Origin: Candidatus Altiarchaeota archaeon
Lineage (GTDB): Archaea; Altiarchaeota; Altiarchaeia; IMC4; SCGC-AAA252-I15
Direction: 5' to 3'
DNA: 64,000 bases
Assembly: GCA_043800705.1 (NCBI GenBank)
Contig: JAZDMS010000040.1
Span: forward strand, 5,550 to 69,549
The notes under the pieces were generated by a model. It saw nothing but the letters and a program-made list of their open reading frames with translations, had not been told where the DNA came from and did not search any database. The position numbers were made by a program, and so were the translations under genes. This document shows, one piece after another, positions 37,585 to 46,702 of this stretch (the first letter of the stretch is position 1; each line of letters opens with the position of its first letter).

Positions 37585-37778
37585 ATTATACTAAGCATAC
37601 TGGCTATATATCCGGAACAGTGGCCTCATTTTGCCCCAGTGCTAACCTTCCCCTCCTCCTTGAACATTATCCGAACGCTTCGCCGCTTTTATACTATTCC
37701 TCCAATAACTAAACCTATTCAGGAGGGGGGGTGAATAACACTACCTCTCTGATAAGTCAAATTGAGGTGAAAAGAAAA

Positions 37779-37985
37779 ATGGCTGACATATGGGGAGAAG
37801 TTGGAACATCCGCTGGAAAGCTATGGACCGCATTGAACAATGGAAAGCCCGCAACCTTGGCTGAAGTCAAGAAAAAAACAGGGCTCGACGACAACATGAT
37901 GGCTATGGCCATCGGATGGCTGGCCCGCGAAGAAAAAGTAATCATCGACCGCAAAGGCGCAGTAGTCTCGGTCAAGCTAAAATAG
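37779..37985 (+). CDS. Small winged-helix protein (DUF2582-like)
   Basis: MADIWGEVGTSAGKLWTALNNGKPATLAEVKKKTGLDDNMMAMAIGWLAREEKVIIDRKG. GAGGTGA lies 8 nt upstream of the ATG. Confidence 0.6.
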   Translation: MADIWGEVGTSAGKLWTALNNGKPATLAEVKKKTGLDDNMMAMAIGWLAREEKVIIDRKGAVVSVKLK

Positions 37986-38019
37986 GGATAAAAATACTCA
38001 TCTAGGGGGGTGAGGGGTA

Positions 38020-39186
38020 ATGCGCATAGCAGTATTCTCATGGGAGACGCTAAATTCCATACCTGTGGGGGGAGTAGCAGCCGTAGTCACGCAGCTGTCA
38101 GAGGCCCTTGCCGCAGGCGGTGACGAAGTCCACGTCTTCACGCGGATGTCGGAAGGCAAACAGGAGCATGAGCGGATAAACGGCGTCTGGGAACACCGCT
38201 GCCTCTGCCCCGCATGCGACGACTTCATCGAATACATGGACCACATGTGCGACAGCCTCGTCTCATGCTTCCACTGGGCAGAAGAGAAATACGGCAGATT
38301 CGACGCCGTACACGGCCACGACTGGCACGTCGTCAACGCCCTCGCGAACATAAAGGCGAACAAGGGCTACACGAACGTCGTCTGGACCGCCCACAGCACA
38401 GAATACGGCAGAAACGGCAACAACTACGCAGACAACTGGTTCTCGGCAAGGATCCGCCACAGGGAATGGCTCGGCGGCTACATATCCTGCAAAGTAACGA
38501 CAGTATCCCACATCATGCGAAACGAGCTCGGCCGCGAATACCAGATACCAGAGAACAAGGTCACAGTCATCTACAACGGCACCAACGTCAAAAAGTTCGA
38601 GGGCACCGTCGACGCAGGGCGGATAAAGGAAAGATACGGCTTCCACCCCCTCGACCCGCTGATACTCTTCTTCGGCCGCGTAGCCTACCAGAAAGGCCCC
38701 GACCTCCTATTGGAGGCGATGCCCGACGTCATACGCGAGTACTACAACGCAAGGCTCATCTTCGCAGGCTCGGGCGACATGATAGAACACCTCAAAGGCA
38801 GGGCAGCGTACCTCGGCGTGGGGGATAAGATGCGGGTCCTCGGCTACGTCAACGAGAAGACGAAGCTCGAGCTCTTCAAGTCATGCGACCTCGTCTGCGT
38901 CCCATCAAGGAACGAACCCTTCGGCATAATCACCCTCGAAGCCTGGGCCTGCGGCAAACCCGTCGTCGCATGCGACGTCGGAGGCCCATCCGAGATAATC
39001 GACAACTTCAGGACCGGAGTGAAGGTCAACATTACGCCGGAGAGCATCGCGTGGGGGATAAAATACCTCCTCGGCGACCGAAGCGGCCAAAGCCTGATGA
39101 AGATGGGCGCAGCCTGCCGCAAAGAGGCCGAAAAATACGACTGGAGAGAGCTCGCAAAACAATACCAGGCAGTATACCGGGCATAG
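38020..39186 (+). CDS. glgA: Glycogen synthase-like glycosyltransferase (GT-B, archaeal GlgA/GT5-GT4 type)
   Basis: MRIAVFSWETLNSIPVGGVAAVVTQLSEALAAGGDEVHVFT (K/N-x-GG motif), and C-terminal ..PSRNEPFGIITLEAWACGKPVVA..VGG.... Confidence 0.65.
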   Translation: MRIAVFSWETLNSIPVGGVAAVVTQLSEALAAGGDEVHVFTRMSEGKQEHERINGVWEHRCLCPACDDFIEYMDHMCDSLVSCFHWAEEKYGRFDAVHGHDWHVVNALANIKANKGYTNVVWTAHSTEYGRNGNNYADNWFSARIRHREWLGGYISCKVTTVSHIMRNELGREYQIPENKVTVIYNGTNVKKFEGTVDAGRIKERYGFHPLDPLILFFGRVAYQKGPDLLLEAMPDVIREYYNARLIFAGSGDMIEHLKGRAAYLGVGDKMRVLGYVNEKTKLELFKSCDLVCVPSRNEPFGIITLEAWACGKPVVACDVGGPSEIIDNFRTGVKVNITPESIAWGIKYLLGDRSGQSLMKMGAACRKEAEKYDWRELAKQYQAVYRA

Positions 39187-39226
39187 GAGTGGATAAACTA
39201 TAATGACCGCCTTCTTTTTGCCGAAT

Positions 39227-39844
39227 TTATGCCTTCAATATCCCCAAAAGATGCTGTTTAACGGCATCTATGTCCCTTTTTAGATGTCCCTTAGCCTTCA
39301 GGGACTCCAGATCTTCGATGACTGATTCGAGTTTTTCCCGAAGATCATGCTGGGTGACTCTTCTCTTGAAGTACTCGTAGTCAAACCTCCCGAGGTGAGT
39401 CTGGGAAAGAATCACTGACATGCTGCCTATTTCATCCGATTCGGAACCTTTGATCGCGAGTTTGGACGCCGCTAAATCCTCAGCTGAGATGAAATTCACA
39501 GCGACGCCTTCAAACTCCTCAGTTTGTCTGCGTCTCCATGCCTCATCGTCGAATTCGAACCCGTCCACCTTTACCCAGAAACCCGCCTCCCCTGCATCAG
39601 ACCTGAAAACAGTGTAGGAGTTACCCAGGAATTCCCTGAAGGATTTGCCCTCGACCTGCGAGAAACCCGCATCTTCAAGGGATTAAAAAAGGGAATCCTT
39701 TACCGTAGATCTGTCCAATGCGACCTCCAAGTCGAACGTCGCCATTGGCGTCCCATATTTTACGCTTGCCAAGCCGCCGATGACGAGATATCTAACGCAC
39801 TCTTCCTCTAAGAGCCGACCTAAGCTCCGAAGCAAACTCCCCAT
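39227..39844 (-). pseudogene. Nucleotidyltransferase-fold protein interrupted by an in-frame TAA
   Basis: My translation from the ATG at 39844 gives MGSLLRSLGRLLEEECVRYLVIGGLASVKYGTPMATFDLEVALDRSTVKDSLF*SLEDAGF...VDGFEFDDEAW.., continuing in frame into the 113-aa track ORF. The stop at 39683-39685 abuts a T6/A6 run. Confidence 0.55.
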
Positions 39845-39982
39845 CCTGGCCATCTTCCCTCAGCCTGTCGAACTCGGCGAGCCTCCTGCGCCAATCACAT
39901 CTTCCTGCCATCTCAAGGCATCGAAGAAGCCGCATCCGCCGACGATCCATAAGATAATACCTGCCTAAACCGAAATAAAAAG

Positions 39983-41254
39983 TCAAACCCCATTTTTCGG
40001 TTTTTTCACGGTCTTTTCGGCCTTTTTCCCGGATCCTCCGTTTTCGAGGTTGTATCTGACCACCTTCTCCTTGAAATCCATTATCGCCGCGTGGTAGTTG
40101 AGGCCCGCGTCGAACGGGTTGCCGTGGTGGCTGAAGTACTCGTGGACGGAGCCGTCGCCCATCCCCTTCGTGCACATGTAGTAATAGTGGTCGCTTATCT
40201 GGAACATCTTCCACACCTTCATCATCTCCGGGTTCTTGGAGGCCCTCACGTCGTTTTCCATCTCCTTCAGCCTGGAGAAGTTCAAATGCTGCATGTGGTT
40301 GCCGAGCCATGCGCTGGCGTCCCGCTCCATGTCAGCCCAGCTGACTGTCTCATACCAGGGGACCGTGATCTCCCCCCTCGGATAATACCTGTCCGCGACC
40401 TCGCTCGGCGTGTTGAACTCCAGGTTCTGCTTCTCCAGTATCTTATGCGGCATCGCATCCAGGAAGTGGAATATGCCAGTGTCCTCCCACTGGTGTTCGC
40501 CGAAGGTCTCATAGTCCATGAAGATGTTGATCGTGTCCTCGGCCGACCAGCTCAGCCAGTCCGCATACTTCTCCGCGGAAAGCGGCCAACCCGGCCACCA
40601 CTTCGCGCTGAAACGGTATCCGACGTCGTCGGAGAGCTTGTAATTCCTCAAAAGGACCTTCAGCTTCCCCCCCTTCCTCGTATAGACGAAATTAGGGCTT
40701 CTCCACCCGTCCAAGACCCTCTCGATCCCCTCGGTGAGTATGGCCTTGAACCCCATCTCCTCAGCCTCCTTCGCGATCGTGTCGTGGTACAGGAGCTCCG
40801 TGTTCCTGAACACCTTCGGCTTCTGGCCGAGGTAGTCCTTCACCATCTGCTGGTGCTCCAATACCTGCTCCCTGAACTCCTCCCTCTGCTCGAAGAGGCT
40901 CGCCAAGGAATGGTACCTGGTCTCGTTGATGAACTCGCAGCAGCCGGACTTCCCCAACTGCCTGAAAAGGTCCAAAAGGTCCGGCTCCCACCTCTCCATC
41001 TGCTCTAAAATGGAACCGGAAAGCGAATACGAGACCTTGAACTTCCTGTTCTGGCCTTTGAGGCGGTCGATGTTGGCCATGATGTTCTTCGTCGCAGGCC
41101 AATAACACTTCTTCGCCACCTTATGCAAAGTCCACTCATTGAGGCCGTTGTCGAAATAATAGTCCTCTAGGCCGTTCTTCGGGACCCCATTCGGCCAGAA
41201 CCACTTCAGACGAAACGGCTGGTGGACTTGAAAATATAAGCAGACGGATGTCAT
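39983..41254 (-). CDS. Glycoside hydrolase family 57 protein (alpha-amylase/glucanotransferase type)
   Basis: N-terminal MTSVCLYFQVHQPFRLKWF.., ..FMDYETFGEHQWE.. (catalytic region pattern), ..W.GN..Q. Confidence 0.8.
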   Translation of the reverse strand: MTSVCLYFQVHQPFRLKWFWPNGVPKNGLEDYYFDNGLNEWTLHKVAKKCYWPATKNIMANIDRLKGQNRKFKVSYSLSGSILEQMERWEPDLLDLFRQLGKSGCCEFINETRYHSLASLFEQREEFREQVLEHQQMVKDYLGQKPKVFRNTELLYHDTIAKEAEEMGFKAILTEGIERVLDGWRSPNFVYTRKGGKLKVLLRNYKLSDDVGYRFSAKWWPGWPLSAEKYADWLSWSAEDTINIFMDYETFGEHQWEDTGIFHFLDAMPHKILEKQNLEFNTPSEVADRYYPRGEITVPWYETVSWADMERDASAWLGNHMQHLNFSRLKEMENDVRASKNPEMMKVWKMFQISDHYYYMCTKGMGDGSVHEYFSHHGNPFDAGLNYHAAIMDFKEKVVRYNLENGGSGKKAEKTVKKPKNGV

Positions 41255-41394
41255 ATCACTCCCCCCGCTTTATTCGGCCCCTCTTTCTTTTTCGCCAGCG
41301 TTTTTCTTTCTGGGAGAGAAAGAAAAAGGCTGGGCTTGAACCACTTCAACCTGAACGGCTGATGGACTTGAAAGTATAGGCAGACTGAAGTCAT
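41251..41394 (-). CDS. 47-codon upstream ORF whose first 19 codons duplicate the GH57 N-terminus; its stop overlaps the GH57 start
   Basis: MTSVCLYFQVHQPFRLKWFKPSLFLSLPERKTLAKKKEGPNKAGGVI*. The TGA overlaps the ATG at 41254 (ATGA). It contains a perfect 10-bp hairpin at 41301-41327. Confidence 0.4.
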   Translation of the reverse strand: MTSVCLYFQVHQPFRLKWFKPSLFLSLPERKTLAKKKEGPNKAGGVI

Positions 41395-41559
41395 AACACA
41401 ACCCCCTCACGGCCTAGATGACAGATGCTGAACGAATATATCACCAATACACCCCCTAAAAATTCCCCCTAAAAACGACTGTAGAATCATTAGGCGGACG
41501 GATATAAAAGGAGAAGATTGCTTTTCGGCAGTTTTACGCCTATTGGGCCTTGTAGGCTT

Positions 41560-42885
41560 TTAAAATACGTATCCGAGCGATTTGAGCGCATCCAGTTCGT
41601 TGGGGTTCGCGGCCGTTTCGTGTTGCGTCATGTTCGAGTGGCGCGTTAGGGCGTCCGCCAGAGCCTTTTCCACTGCGGGATATTTGCCTATGAGGTCGTT
41701 TTTTTCTTCGGGGCCGTCTTTGAGGTCGTAGAGGTGGTTTTTGTCGGATTTGGTGTGGACGTATAGGTATCTGCCGTCAGTTATGCCCGCTACGGCATCG
41801 TTTGTGGTGCCGTATCCTTCGATGATCTCATATCTCCGGCGGTCATGGAAGATGTCGCCTCCTTGATAGCCTTCAGGGACGGTTATGTTCAGCATCGTAA
41901 GGACGGTGGGTGCCAGGTCGATCAGCCCGACGGGCTCCTGCACCCTGCGCCCCCGGCCGTTGAGGGGGTCGTAGATTATTAGGGGTATGCGGAAGACGCT
42001 TTGGGTTATCCTCGAATGGCCTATGTGGTTGTGTTCTCCGAGGGATTCGCCGTGGTCTGCGGTGACGACAATAATTGTCCTGTCCATGATCCCTTCGTCC
42101 TCCAGGGTCTTGACTATGGCGCCGACCTGTTCGTCGCCGAATCGCACGCCCATATCATATGCGTCATCCACCTCTTCGAGGTCTTCCTTGGCGTATTCCC
42201 GGTCCGGCCATTCGCTTAAGCTCATGTTGAGGCTGCCGTTGATCCCCCTATCGAACATGGATTTGTATTTGGGGTCCTGGGCGTACGGCGCATGCGTCGC
42301 GAGATAGTGGGCGTATATGAAGAATTTGCGGCCTTTTTTCCTTTCGATCATGCTTTTTGCGTGCTCTGTCAGGTTCCGGTCGTTGTTCAACTTCGTCGAG
42401 AGGATCATACGCACGTACTCCTGGAATCCCTGGCCGTAGTTGAGCGGCGCGCTTATGAATCCGTTCGAGAAGAAGCCGCCGGTCGCGTAGCCCTCGTAGC
42501 TTAGGCTTTCCGCGAACGTTGTCTCCTGGTCAGGCAGCCTGTTGTCGGCGATGTCGGGGGATCCGTTTAACGAGTAGGCATATGTCCTGTGAACGGAGGG
42601 ATATTTGGAGGTGAAGATGGTGGCGACAGACGGCTTCGTCCATACCCCCTGGGTGAAAGCCCTGTCGTAGACGATCCCTTTTTCGCAGAGCCTGTCTATG
42701 TTAGGGCTCGTGTTCCTGTAATACCCGTAGCATCCGAGGTGGTCGGGCCTGAGGGCGTCGATGACTATTACCACCACATTCATCCCAGCATTCCTCCCCG
42801 GGGCGGGCTCTTCCGCCCGCTGGCCTAGGGCATATGCGGCGATCAGAATCGCAGCCGCAATAAAGGCGAATATCCCCCTGCGCAT
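41560..42885 (-). CDS. Sulfatase-like hydrolase/transferase (alkaline-phosphatase superfamily), secreted
   Basis: N-terminal TM/signal, VVIVIDALRPDHLGCYGY, ..VTADHGE..GEH. The position of the Cys/Ser-x-P-x-R formylglycine motif reads WTKPSVATIFTSKYP, with Thr at the nucleophile position. Confidence 0.7.
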   Translation of the reverse strand: MRRGIFAFIAAAILIAAYALGQRAEEPAPGRNAGMNVVVIVIDALRPDHLGCYGYYRNTSPNIDRLCEKGIVYDRAFTQGVWTKPSVATIFTSKYPSVHRTYAYSLNGSPDIADNRLPDQETTFAESLSYEGYATGGFFSNGFISAPLNYGQGFQEYVRMILSTKLNNDRNLTEHAKSMIERKKGRKFFIYAHYLATHAPYAQDPKYKSMFDRGINGSLNMSLSEWPDREYAKEDLEEVDDAYDMGVRFGDEQVGAIVKTLEDEGIMDRTIIVVTADHGESLGEHNHIGHSRITQSVFRIPLIIYDPLNGRGRRVQEPVGLIDLAPTVLTMLNITVPEGYQGGDIFHDRRRYEIIEGYGTTNDAVAGITDGRYLYVHTKSDKNHLYDLKDGPEEKNDLIGKYPAVEKALADALTRHSNMTQHETAANPNELDALKSLGYVF

Positions 42886-43003
42886 GCTACCTTATGCTTT
42901 TGTCCTATTATATCTTGTATTTTATCCCGGATTCCAAATAATTGTCATGGTTGCCTCGGACCGATTGGGCGCTTTGAGCTATACTTGTGTGAAGCCGTCT
43001 GAG

Positions 43004-44842
43004 ATGGGTTTGGAGGCCGCCAAGCAGTATGAGTGGCTTTTGCCCAACAGGCTCGGTGGGTATTCGAGCTCGAGCGTATTGGGCCTTAATACGCGGAAGT
43101 ATCACGGTCTTTTGGTGGCTTCGAGGGGGAATCTTGAGGCCAGGCGGGTGGTTTTGGAGAGTTTGACGGAGGAGCTGGTCGCAGGCAACGATGTGTACCC
43201 GCTCGGCGTCACGGAGTATTCGGACACCGTCGATTCCAGGGGCGTCCAGCGGCTGAAGAGGTTCACGAGGGGCGTGGAACATGTGAAGTTCGAGTACGAC
43301 GTCAACGGGACCACTTTGGTGAAGATAATCTACTCGGTGCCGGGGATGAATGCGCTCATAGTCTCGTACGGGGTCAGGAACAACTTCGGCCAGACCGTCA
43401 CGTTGAATGTCCGCCCGCTCGTCAATTCGAGGGCCATCCACGAGTTGAATCCTCCGGGGAGGGATTTCAAGAGCGTCATCTACGATGGGAAGATCCTGGG
43501 CTCCGGCTGCAACGGCGACAATCTGATGTTCGTCAGCGACGACATGGCTCCGCGCTCCGAGGGCGTATGGTACAAGAACGTCAGGTATTCAATGGAGGTG
43601 GAAAGGGGGGAGGCATCGGACGAGGACGTCTACTGTCCCGGCATACTTGAACTCAGGGTCGCTTCCTTCAGCACGCGGGAGGCGGAGCTGTTCGTCCTGT
43701 TGGCGGACGGGGAAGTCGATCCTGTCAAGACGTTCGCGGGGATACATGAGCCGCAGTTTCAGAAGTTCCAGCCGGACCCGGTGCATATCCTTGAGTCGGC
43801 AGCGGAGTCGTTCATAATCGACATCGCAGACATGAAGAGCGTTATCGCGGGTTATCATTGGTTCGCGGACTGGGGCAGGGACACGATGATATCCCTCCCA
43901 GGACTCACCTTGGTGAACAGGAACTTCCGGGATGCGGAGGAGATATTCGCAAGGTGGATAGACAATATCGACGGGGGACGGATTCCGACGAAGTTTACCG
44001 TCAACGGCCCGGAATACTACGACTTCGACGGCACCCTTTGGATGCTGGACCGTTTGGGCGATTATTGCAGGCGCGTCGGCCCCGACCGGGCGGCGAGGTT
44101 CCTCGCGCCGAGGTGGCATCTTCTGAAGAGCATAGTCCCGTACTACCTGGGCCTTCTGGAGAACGGCCTCATAAAACACAAGGCTGGGACGTGGATGGAC
44201 ACCCTGGAGCGGAGCAATGCTGTGGAGGTCCAGGCCCTGTGGTATAATGCGATCTTCGTCCTGGAGGACGTCTCCAGGATGGTCGGCGACCCGTTGGACG
44301 GGGAGAAGCTGAAGGCGGACTTCGAAGCCTCATTCATGGACAAATACTGGAACGGGAATTACCTGAGGGACTGCCTCGAAGACGATTCGATCAGGCCCAA
44401 TCAGGTCATCGCAATCTCACTTGGCCACAGTCCCGTCCCTGACAGGGACGCCAAGGAGGTGCTGAAGATAGCGAGGGAGGAGCTTCTGAGTCCGTGCGGC
44501 CTCAGGACCCTTGACAAAAACGACCCGAAATACTGTCCGAAATACGCGGGCGGGGTCTCGGAGCGGGCTAAGGCGTACCATAACGGGACCGTGTGGCCGT
44601 GGCTCATCGGGCCGTATGCGAAGGCCTGCACGAATCTATACGGTGAAAAGGGGAGGAAACTCGCGTTCGAAGCAGTGAAGCCGGTCCTTTCTAGGCTGAC
44701 CGACGGGTGCATTTGCACGTTGGCGGAAATATACGATGCCGAGCCGCCTCATGCTGCGAGGGGTGCCGCGAGCCAGGCGTGGAGCGTCGCTGAGGTGTTG
44801 AGGGCGTGTTTGGAGGATGCGAAGGTCGACAGGGTGGAGTAG
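43004..44842 (+). CDS. Glycogen debranching enzyme (amylo-alpha-1,6-glucosidase, archaeal GDE type)
   Basis: Start chosen at MGLEAAKQYEWLLPNRLGGYSSSSVLGLNTRKYHGLLVA. Also has ..AGYHWFADWGRDTMISLPGL.., ..EVQALWYNA.., ..AYHNGTVWPWLIGPY... Confidence 0.8.
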   Translation: MGLEAAKQYEWLLPNRLGGYSSSSVLGLNTRKYHGLLVASRGNLEARRVVLESLTEELVAGNDVYPLGVTEYSDTVDSRGVQRLKRFTRGVEHVKFEYDVNGTTLVKIIYSVPGMNALIVSYGVRNNFGQTVTLNVRPLVNSRAIHELNPPGRDFKSVIYDGKILGSGCNGDNLMFVSDDMAPRSEGVWYKNVRYSMEVERGEASDEDVYCPGILELRVASFSTREAELFVLLADGEVDPVKTFAGIHEPQFQKFQPDPVHILESAAESFIIDIADMKSVIAGYHWFADWGRDTMISLPGLTLVNRNFRDAEEIFARWIDNIDGGRIPTKFTVNGPEYYDFDGTLWMLDRLGDYCRRVGPDRAARFLAPRWHLLKSIVPYYLGLLENGLIKHKAGTWMDTLERSNAVEVQALWYNAIFVLEDVSRMVGDPLDGEKLKADFEASFMDKYWNGNYLRDCLEDDSIRPNQVIAISLGHSPVPDRDAKEVLKIAREELLSPCGLRTLDKNDPKYCPKYAGGVSERAKAYHNGTVWPWLIGPYAKACTNLYGEKGRKLAFEAVKPVLSRLTDGCICTLAEIYDAEPPHAARGAASQAWSVAEVLRACLEDAKVDRVE

Positions 44843-44843
44843 T

Positions 44844-46694
44844 CTAGCACCTGACGTTCCTGACGGCGAGCTGGTGCGCTTTTACGTAGTTCTTGATGAG
44901 CATCTTCCAGTCGGCGAGGCCTGCGAGCTCCTTCGCGTTCATCCTTCGGCGTGTGAGTTCCTTCTTCTCCAGGCCTATTATATCGTACATCTTGTTGTAG
45001 AGTTCGTCTACTACTTTGTCGTATTCTATGCCGTCGAGCTTGAGGACCTGGATTCCGTCTCCTTTGCCGTCGATGAACTGGCCGAATCCTGCGAGGTCGG
45101 TCGTGATGGCGAGCGTCCCCTGCGCCGCGGTCTCAAGGGGAGTGTATCCCCATGGCTCGTAGTAGGATGGGAATACGCCGACGTCGCATGTGAGGGTGCC
45201 GGGGTTGTAGTCCAGGGATATGAGCCTGTCCGCCGACGAGAGGTAGGCGGGGTAGAATATGACCTTGACCTTGTCTTCCTCCCTGTTAAGAAGCTCGTTG
45301 CGGCGGAATGCCTGGATTATGCTGTCGCTGTCCAGGCTGTAGTTGAGTTCGAACGCGCACAGGGGCGCGCTCCCCCCCTTCTTCTCCGCGAAGTGGGCGG
45401 TCAGCTTCCTTATCAGCGTCAGGAATTCCTCGCTGAAGACGTTGCCGTCGGGCTTCTGCCCCTTGATGATAAGCTCCAGCAGGTTGTCCTTTATCTCGGG
45501 GAGGCTTCCGTCGATCTGGTCGTGGATCTCCTCATAGAGGGCCTTGTTCTTCAGGACCTGCATTTCCTCGCCCCTGGTGTCGGTGGGGACGAATATGAAC
45601 GCTACTACGTGCTTCTTGGAGTTTTCGGCCTTCAGTTTCTTGTTCAGCTTGCCAAGGGCGTCTATGTAGACGTCGATGCCCTTGTTGTGGTACTCGTATC
45701 TGCCTGAGAGGAACATGCTGCGGATGTTCATCAGGTCCATGTAGTAGTATCTGCAGAAGTACGAGATGAGGAATTCCCTCATCCTGATCCTGTATTTGTG
45801 CCTCATGACGGCGAGCTCCTCCATCTCCGGGAACTTGCTCGTGTCCAGGCCGTTGAAAAGGAGGACTTCGGGCTTCTTGCCGAGGATGTAGGCTGCCTCC
45901 CTGCCCGTTATCTCGCTGACTGTGGTGAAGACGTCTGCGCTCTTGACGCAGGCGACCTCTGTCGAGTGCTTGTCCTCGCACCTGTACTGCCTTGCAAGCT
46001 CGATCGTTGCGGATTCCTTCTTCCTCAGCCCTTCGTTGACCATCCCGTAAAGGTCGTGGCCGGAGCCGCTTATGTTTCTGCCGAGCATGGTGGCGTGGGT
46101 CGTGAACACGGTCCCGACCGGAATCTTGTTCTTGTGTATGTGGAGTATCGCGAAGCCGGAGAGCCACTCGTGGAAATGGCCCACGACGCCGCTGCCCTTG
46201 TATGGGGCCTCCTTCATCAGCTCCTCGATGAGCCTGCCGACGGCGGTCGACCAGAGAAGGGGGTCGTTGAACCATGCGTCGCTGCGTATGGAGTCGATCT
46301 CGTAATCTTCCCAGAGGTGCTTCTTGAGGTCGTTGACGTTGGCCTGATATCCGCGGACGTCGAGCAATATCACATGCGGCCTGCCGGCGGTCAGCCAGGT
46401 CCCAAAATGGCATTTGATGCCTTCGGATTCAAGCCTCTTAAAGGCCTTGGCGAGGCCTGCCGGCGGCTGGGATTCGTCGAATTCCAGCCTTGATTTGGCT
46501 AGGTCGTAGTATCCGACGGCACAGTATCCTTCGCCGTACTCTTCGACCATGCGTGCGGCCTTCGACTTTATGACGGTGTATATTCCCCCTACTTTGTTGC
46601 AGACTTCGTAGGAGGCCTCGAAGACGTAATCTACCCCCTTCATAGGATATAGCATTACCTCGTGGAGCTTATATACTAGCTTTTTTATATTCAT
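44844..46694 (-). CDS. Glycogen(starch) synthase of the eukaryote-like GT3 family
   Basis: FEASYEVCNKVGGIYTVIKSKA.. and ..GHFHEWLSG.., ..FTTHATMLGR.., ..CDVGVFPSYYEPWGYTPLE.. match my memory of GT3 glycogen synthase motifs. Confidence 0.75.
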   Translation of the reverse strand: MNIKKLVYKLHEVMLYPMKGVDYVFEASYEVCNKVGGIYTVIKSKAARMVEEYGEGYCAVGYYDLAKSRLEFDESQPPAGLAKAFKRLESEGIKCHFGTWLTAGRPHVILLDVRGYQANVNDLKKHLWEDYEIDSIRSDAWFNDPLLWSTAVGRLIEELMKEAPYKGSGVVGHFHEWLSGFAILHIHKNKIPVGTVFTTHATMLGRNISGSGHDLYGMVNEGLRKKESATIELARQYRCEDKHSTEVACVKSADVFTTVSEITGREAAYILGKKPEVLLFNGLDTSKFPEMEELAVMRHKYRIRMREFLISYFCRYYYMDLMNIRSMFLSGRYEYHNKGIDVYIDALGKLNKKLKAENSKKHVVAFIFVPTDTRGEEMQVLKNKALYEEIHDQIDGSLPEIKDNLLELIIKGQKPDGNVFSEEFLTLIRKLTAHFAEKKGGSAPLCAFELNYSLDSDSIIQAFRRNELLNREEDKVKVIFYPAYLSSADRLISLDYNPGTLTCDVGVFPSYYEPWGYTPLETAAQGTLAITTDLAGFGQFIDGKGDGIQVLKLDGIEYDKVVDELYNKMYDIIGLEKKELTRRRMNAKELAGLADWKMLIKNYVKAHQLAVRNVRC

Positions 46695-46702
46695 TCTTTG
46701 TC

